Shown: positions 56,560-64,000 of the stretch, piece after piece
Position numbering within the stretch: the first letter of the stretch is position 1
How the letters are laid out: every line of letters begins with the position of its first letter
Position numbers and translations under genes: made by a program
The notes under the pieces: model-generated
The model's input: the letters and a program-made list of their open reading frames with translations, nothing else
Told to the model about the DNA's origin: nothing
Database searches by the model: none
Assembly: GCA_951406725.2 (NCBI GenBank)
Contig: OX597826.1
Coordinates: 65,658,001 to 65,722,000, forward strand
Source: Octopus vulgaris
Taxonomy: Eukaryota
Direction of reading: 5' to 3'
Length of the DNA stretch: 64,000 bases

Positions 56560-57050
56560 AACAAGCATCCAACGTACCAGAACATGGTACAGTTATTGGG
56601 TACACATGGTCAATTGGAAAAGTTGTTGAGAACTACCAGTATCTGCGTATTCGCCTATCACACAACGTAGACACTGATGAGGATATCTCAAACTAGAGAA
56701 AATATGCCAGCGTAATCTTTGGTTGCCTGAGAAGACGAGCACAAGCGGATTATGATCTGAGATAAACAGCCAAATTTGTGATGTACAAGTCAGTTATCGT
56801 ACCAACTCTCTTATATGGTTCTGAAATCTGGACAAGTTGTAAGCGACACCTCCAATAACTGGAAATATTATGCTAGAGATGTCTAGGGAAAATACTGCGC
56901 ATCAAGTCCCAGAACAGACGAAAGAGTATCAAGGGAGTCGAGCAAGCCAATATTTTCGCAAATAAACATTCCAATGATGACACGACATTTGTTTAAATCA
57001 ACTGTTAAGCGCATAAGGAAGATAAAGGAAGCGGTTTAAGGATGTACTTG
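56560..57050 (+). mobile_element. RTE-clade LINE relic
   Basis: VVENYQYL..LS...D.DISN..AS.IFG.L; MYKSVIVPTLLYGSEIW; RCLGKILRI. Confidence 0.75.
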
Positions 57051-57799
57051 TAGGACTCGTGAGTCTTTGGCCAATTAATCAACTTAGATGGAGGCCAAAA
57101 CCTTCAATCAATAAAAATCGACATCAACAGGATAAATGTGAGCGTACAAAGCAGTGAAAAGCAACTATAACAACACCTCTTTTGCGAGAAAAGAAATGCT
57201 TAGTCAATGATTGGATTCGTGCAGCCTACATTGGAGTAAATACATGTGAATCTTCCATTGTTAAATCTGCTGGATAATCATCTTCGACTCAGAGGGATTG
57301 CTGCTGCCGAAGTCTACGCCACCGACGAAAATATTGGTGACAGACACATTGTTAGATGTGCTTGCTTCCTGCAATATAGAGTTGTGATTGCGGCAGTGAC
57401 GTCACACCTTATGTTCCGATCTCATAAGTGATGCCACAATCATACAGTTTCACACCCTGGTATCCCAGTTTATGCTGGGATCTAACAATGTGTTCTATGA
57501 GCTCACAGATTTATGGCCTGACCTCACAATGAGCTAAACAAACGCCCGTTAAACTAATATTAACGTTCTAAATGAAGGGAACATAAAGAAGCTAACTAGA
57601 GTAAGAACATTATCTTGTCTCCGTATCCTGCCATTCCCTCGATATCAGTAGCGTTCTATAACCTATTTAGTTGTGAGTGTTAACATCTAAATCAAAGTGA
57701 CAACCCAGACGAAAGAATCGGGAAGCAGCTCAGTGGAGCGTACAAGGAAGATAAGGAAATGTTCCCGCCCTTACATACATTCATATATAGATGTATGCA

Positions 57800-57842
<43 letters not shown>

Positions 57843-58593
57843 GGATAAAACTGATATATATATATATGTGTGTGTGTGTTTGTATGTATATATATATATA
57901 TATGCATATATATATATATATATATGATCCCTGATAAACTTGTTTATTTTTTGTTTTTGGATTTGGTTTATTTGTTTATTTTTGTTATTGCCTCTATCCT
58001 CTGAGCATAATATATTAGCATATTGTGTTGAGTATCATCATAGGTGCTCTATACTAACTTCTACTCACAGTGTTTCTGACAACCCCAAGTTGTAGAAGAC
58101 ATTTGCCCAAGATGCCATGCAGAGAAATTGAACACGGGACCATGTGGTTGCAAAAATAAGAAAAAATGGATCAGAAAAGTAGCCAAAAAAACTTTGGCAT
58201 GCTTGTGGTCATTTAAATATATTTTATAGCTTAATGATGATATAAACCGTTCTCAGTTAACAACGATATCACATGACACCAGTATATTGATAAATTATTC
58301 ATCTGAGGTGCGTTTGTAATATATTAATAACGCTATGTAAGGTCAATGATATTTGTAACTACGTCTCAGTTTTACCATCATGTATGCAGCCCTGGTTATT
58401 TATGAGATCTAGTTGATTTATACTTCTTACTTTCGGATGCAAACATATATACATACATGCACGCATACATACCTGCATACATACCTACACACATGCAAAC
58501 TACATGACGGTATTCATATGTAAGTACGCATCCCTACGAATATTTCATCACGCGCACATTGTATGTATGTATGTATGTATGTATGTATGTATG

Positions 58594-58694
<101 letters not shown>

Positions 58695-58764
58695 CAGATA
58701 TAGGGTGAAATATAATTAATTTAATAAAATCAACAAATTTCACCTAGTAGTGACTGTTTGATTT

Positions 58765-58980
58765 ACTCTTTTACTCTCTCTCTTTTACTTGTTTCAGCCA
58801 TCTGACTGCGGCCATGCTGGGGCACCACCTTTAGTACTTATTCTATCGGTCTCTTTTGCCGAACCGCCAAGTAACGGGGACATAAGCACACCAGCATCGG
58901 TTGTCAAGCAATGCTAGGGGGACAAACACAAACACATACATATATATACATATATACGACAGGCTTCTTTCAGTTTCCGT
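58765..58980 (-). mobile_element. Partial SINE family C
   Basis: Tail and body match the other C copies. Confidence 0.8.
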
Positions 58981-59176
58981 ATTAATTTTCTTCTTTTTTT
59001 TTTGCCACACGTGAGCTACAAATATTGTTGTCTGTGGAGACATATTTTTGTAGTAAAAGGAAATAGTAGTCCTTTGGCTGCTATTTCTAAAATTTTCGGT
59101 ATGTGGTCATGCAACTTGTTGCAAAAACCCTTGTTGTTATAATTATATATATATTATATCCACATATGTTTATATT

Positions 59177-59221
<45 letters not shown>

Positions 59222-59236
<15 letters not shown>

Positions 59237-59737
59237 TGTAGTTGTGTGAGTGTCTGTCCCCTTCGATTTAGATTCCTAACTTCTCCCACATTTTGCGGTG
59301 CAGTTTAACCAAATTCGGGTATCTTATAGTCGTGATTAATATCGAGCCCGTCTGGCTATTAGCGCGCGTCTACGATGAGTCTACGATTTTAAAAATAATT
59401 TAACATCATTTTTTATTCCATTTTAATGCATAATTTTTCGTGTGTCGATGGCGGCGGAGTTGGCGTCCACGCTCAAACACCTGCATCTGTGTTTGCTTCT
59501 CCCCCTTCTTCCCTCCCTCGTGAAGCTGTGGGGAAGGGATTTTAAGGAAATCAACGTCGTAAAGCGTTGTCAAGGAGACCAGCGTTCTTTTAGAACAACG
59601 ACTTCATGGCTTGAAGACACCAAAACAGAAATGGCTAAGAAAGTCCGAATTGGCATTTATAAAGGAAGTAACTCTCTAAAAAATGCTTATATAGTTATTT
59701 CCCTACAAACCCGAGCAACGCCGGGCGATACTGCTAG
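59222..59737 (+). mobile_element. Non-autonomous Helitron-like element (longer variant)
   Basis: 3' hairpin CCCGAGCAACGCCGGG and terminal CTAG|T at 59734-59737; homologous to 15217-15532; sits in (TA)n. Confidence 0.75.
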
Positions 59738-59772
<35 letters not shown>

Positions 59773-59779
59773 ATATACT

Positions 59780-59819
<40 letters not shown>

Positions 59820-60609
59820 TGTGTGTGTACGTGCGTGCGTGCGTGCGTGCGTGCGTACGTACATGTATGTCGGTTAGATGGTCGAGCCGTCGGCAACTAA
59901 ACCGGTAAACCTACCAAGCCTACTTGGTAAGGAGGGTGGTTTTTGTTGAACACCCTGCAGGATGAAAAACGAAATTTGTTAAAGGGCGGACGAACCCAGT
60001 AGAGTCAACGACCATCTGATAGCTGGGAGTGAGAGACTCTAGTCTTAGTTTAGACATCTGTCTAAGAGAAAGAAAGCATTAATGTAACACCTGCGACTCC
60101 GTTTGTATCCAATGATATTGACTGGTTATTTTTGAGCTAATGCATATATTATTTAGAGAATGGGAATGTCCCTGCGCAAGGCCTATCCCCACTTTAAGCA
60201 GCTTTAGGCATAAGCACCGCTTTATTTATTTTTTTAAACATCTCTATTACGTATTACTTGCTATGGCTGATCGTGACCGAGAAAGGCAAAACATCCAATG
60301 AAAAATCACTGAAGGACAGGAGGTGGTAAATACTCTGAACACTTGGAGCAGGAGGTCCCCATCGTTGCCACATCTATGCATAAAAAATTAGGTCCATTGC
60401 GGGACTGAAAAGCAGCATCCGTACTCGAAATTGTGTAGAAGCTGTCAGCTATTCTATTATTTTTTTAATTCGTTTACACGTTTCAGCCTTAAAGCTGTGG
60501 CCATGCTGGGGTACCACCTTTTCAATGGTAGATCGCCTCAGATGTTTTGGCAAGGCATTAAATAGCTGTAGGCCTTTGAATCCTGGGCTATTGTAGTACA
60601 TGGTCCTCA

Positions 60610-60748
60610 CCACCCCCTGCCGGAGCCTCGTGGAGCTTTTAGGTGTTTTCGCTCAATAAACACTCACAACGCCCGGTCTGGGAATCGAAACCGCGATCCT
60701 GCGACCGCGAGTCGGCTGCCCCTAACCACTAGGCCATTGCGTCTCCAC
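60610..60748 (-). mobile_element. 5' part of SINE family B
   Basis: Head matches 7000-7134. Confidence 0.8.
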
Positions 60749-60751
60749 ATG

Positions 60752-60894
<143 letters not shown>

Positions 60895-60921
60895 TTTATT
60901 TTAAGCAGCAGAAAATTCAAC

Positions 60922-60968
60922 AAAATCTGTTACTCTGAGTTTCTCGTTGCCGTTCATCAGACAGTTTT
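60922..60968 (-). ncRNA. Minimal hammerhead motif in the inverted pLTR fragment
   Basis: Exact reverse complement of 63103-63149. Confidence 0.7.
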
Positions 60969-60977
60969 TGCTAGGAC

Positions 60978-62015
60978 CTCATTGCTTTCTTTCAAAGGAT
61001 GGGCTTACGGGTTACGATAGATGCTAACCTGAATAGTGTAGATTTTTTAGACGTAAATTTTAATGTAAGATCGGATAGATTTAAACCTTTCCGTAAGCCC
61101 AATGAAAAGCTATCGTATATTAGCAGAGATTCGAACCATCCACCAGTTATCCTTAGGAACTTAGTCAGCAATGTAGGTAGAAGAATATCTTCAATTTCTT
61201 CGGACGAGGCAGCATTCCATAATGCTGCATCTTATTACGATAGCGCATTAAAGAATAGTGGATTCTCTGAGAAGATCTAGTACAACCAGCTTAATGCTGG
61301 TAATAATGCTGCACGAAGAACTAGGACCAGGAAAGTTTTGTGGTTCAACCCGGCTTTCAATTTGGCAGTAAAGACTAATATAGGTAAGGAATTTTTGAGA
61401 TTAGTCTCTAAGCATTTTAAGCAGGGTCATAAATTCTATAGGATATTTAATAGAAGAACCCTGAAGGTTAGCTATTCTTGTTGCAGAAATTTCGCCTCTT
61501 ACATTAGCCAGCATAATAGGAAGCTAATTGAGATTAGACATGGTGCCGAGCCCATAAAGAAATGCAATTTCAAAAACGAAAGCTCCTGTCCGTTAGAAGG
61601 GAAATGTCTAGTGAAAGGAGTAGTTTATAGAGCCAAGGTGCAAGTAGAAGGCTCATCAGAATACAAGACATACACAGGGGCTTCAGAAAATTAATTTAAA
61701 ACAAGATTTTATTCTCATAAAAATTCATTTAAATACCCAGAGAATAGGAAGAAGACCAGCCTAGCAAAATATGTCTGGGAACTAAAAGAAAAGGAAACCC
61801 CACCTTTCAACGTGACATGGAGCATTCTGGACAGGGTGGCACCATACAGGCATGGAGCATACAAAAATAATTTTAAGTGCCAGCTTTGCTTATTAGAAAA
61901 AATGTACATTTTATTCAAAGACAATAATTCTTTGAATCAAAGAAGTGAGCTAATGAACTTATGTAGGCACGCGGCTAAATTTAAAATGTCGAATATAAAT
62001 ATACCATATGGATAG
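60978..62015 (+). pseudogene. PLE ORF remnant: RT C-terminus/thumb, Cys linker and GIY-YIG endonuclease
   Basis: Three track ORFs share one frame with two in-frame stops (61278-61280, 61692-61694); motifs VDFLDV, SNHPP, WFNP, SYSC, CPL.GKC, VVYRA..YTGAS..FKTRF..H, LAKYVW, CQLCLLEK, LNQRSEL. Confidence 0.9.
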
Positions 62016-63102
62016 AGTATATATTTTGTATTTTTGATTTTGAAATTTTGATTTTGACTCTTGAACTGGTGTGTGAGCGCTACGATGGATTTTGTTTTGT
62101 TTCAAGCTATGCAGATTTTAACTCGTATAGCAAAGTCTTATGTTTCTACATATACATTAGGAAAAACCTTCGACTTTGTTTATTTCATGTTATTGTATTG
62201 TATAGGATTACCTTGATTATTTATTACCTTGATTATTTATAGATGATCCAAAATAGGGTGTTATATTTTATATGTCTTTCGTATATATATTTTATATGTC
62301 TTTCGTATTTTTAAAAAAAGCAATGTTGTCAAAAATTAGAATTTTGATATAAGTATGTGTATAACCATGGATATGTATTTGTAAGCATGCGTATCTGTGT
62401 ATGTGTAAGTGAGCGTATGTTTGTGCTTAAGCACACATATACACGACTGTATGTGTATGTATCCATTAGAACTTGTGTATTTGTATACTTGTCTCCATAT
62501 ATGTCAATAATGCCGTTACACAGCTTGTATACATAATTTTTTCTTATTTCGTTTTTTTCCCCACCCCTCCTTTTTCTTTTTTCCTTCCCCCTTCTTCGTT
62601 CCTTTTTCTCTATCTTCCTTTCTTTCGTCCCCCCCCTTACTCAGTATATGAGAATCGCTACATAGATGATTTTAGCTTGCGTGCGAGATGGTTTGCGTGC
62701 ATATATGTACGAATGCATTTATGTGTATATTTATATTTATATTTATACGTCTGTATATGTATGGCGTTTGCACGCATCCTTCTGTGTATGTTGATATATA
62801 TATGTACACTTTAATATAAATATGTATTGCAGTGTAATATTTATAATAGGTTTAATTGCTATGCTTTAATTATACTTTCTTCATTAACGTCAATATGTAT
62901 TTTATTCAATGTAAGGTTTTTTCCTCGAATTTTATAATTTTTATAAGTTTTTATATATATATACATATATTTTTGACCTTTTTGTTTATTGCTCGAAGAT
63001 TGACCGTTTTTTCTAAAGGGCCAATCAAACAAGTCCATTTTTTTAAAGGTGTAGCGTTTGTAAGAGTCTAGATTGAATTGATATATCGGTTCCATTCTAG
63101 CA

Positions 63103-63149
63103 AAAACTGTCTGATGAACGGCAACGAGAAACTCAGAGTAACAGATTTT
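63103..63149 (+). ncRNA. Minimal hammerhead motif in the PLE pLTR
   Basis: CUGU-CUGAUGA-ACG gcaa CGA-GAAA-CUC a GAG-UA^ACAG; predicted cleavage after 63140. Confidence 0.75.
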
Positions 63150-63246
63150 GTTGAATTTTCTGCTGCTTAAGATAAAGCATATTACTCTACCACTGGTATT
63201 TGAGTACTCTTTTTTCCACCTTGTTTCACATTTATGTATTTACTCC

Positions 63247-63305
<59 letters not shown>

Positions 63306-63442
63306 ATATAACATATTACAATATTTTCACAAAATAAATATAAGAGAGTATATATATATATATATATGTAGGTCCCGGGTTGAGTCGGGGTTAACCACAG
63401 TAAATAAGGTACTCAATACATAGCAGAGTAAATTAATTTATT

Positions 63443-63530
63443 TTATAGAAGGAGTTTACAGGACTAGAACTGTTTCATTCAAAGATGATTTCTTTTGAAT
63501 GAAACAGTTCTAGTCCTGTAGAAGCTCCTT

Positions 63531-63536
<6 letters not shown>
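63443..63536. repeat. ~43-bp-arm hairpin at the end of a probable pLTR relic (63369-63536)
   Basis: TTATAGAAGGAG..GAACTGTTTCATTCAAAGA / TCTTTTGAATGAAACAGTTC..CTCCTTCTATAA; junction reads GATGA..GAAA-CAGT-TC. Confidence 0.8.
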
Positions 63537-63596
<60 letters not shown>

Positions 63597-63608
63597 TATA
63601 TATATATA

Positions 63609-64000
63609 CTCTTTTACTTGTTTCAGTCATTTGACTGTGGCCATGCTGGAGCACCGCCTTTGGTCGAGCAAATCGACCCCAAAACTTATTTTTTGTAAGC
63701 CTAGTACTTATTCTATCGGTCACTTTTGCCGAACCGCTAAGTTACGGGGACGTAAACACACCAGAATCGGCTGTCAAGTGATGTTGGGGGTCAAACACAG
63801 ACACACACACAGACACACAGACACACAGACACACACACACACACACACGCACACATATATATATACATATATACGACGGGCTTCTTTTAGTTTCCATCTA
63901 CCAAATCCACTCACAAGGCTTTGGTTGGCCCGAAGCTATAGTTGAAGACACTTGGGACTGAACCCGGAACTATGTGATTCGTGAGCAAGCTACTTACCAC
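63609..64000 (-). mobile_element. SINE family C running off the window end
   Basis: Matches 18340-18827. Confidence 0.85.

Noticed and set aside
59870-60480. Possible LINE 5' region with an HDV-like ribozyme
   Set aside because: The nested double pseudoknot could not be built by eye, and no coding motif was recognised.

Overview
AT-rich eukaryotic, repeat-saturated intergenic or intronic DNA with one 100-N assembly gap (32007-32106). The very dense (TA)n/(CA)n/(TACA)n/(TATC)n and trinucleotide microsatellites and the tRNA-derived SINE families look like an octopod cephalopod genome (inference). No intact gene is visible, and almost all listed ORFs are microsatellite translations. Recognisable elements: four recurring SINE families (labelled A-D here); Penelope-like retroelements (PLEs), including a 5'-truncated RT-thumb + GIY-YIG copy at 60.9-63.3 kb; R4/Dong-like RLE retrotransposon relics; RTE and CR1-like LINE fragments; Tigger/pogo, Tc1/mariner, hAT and piggyBac DNA-transposon relics; and two non-autonomous Helitrons. 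Three signals stand out. (1) About a dozen minimal hammerhead-ribozyme motifs from several unrelated pLTR-like families, often arranged as inverted pairs. (2) Short CpG-rich 'filler' segments built almost entirely of small hairpins at duplication junctions, best seen at 52.6-53.3 kb beside a perfect 137-bp direct repeat that carries a G-quadruplex motif. (3) A possible minus-strand terminal exon encoding a Cys-rich peptide with a hydrophobic tail. Boundaries of decayed elements are approximate and all alignments were done by eye.
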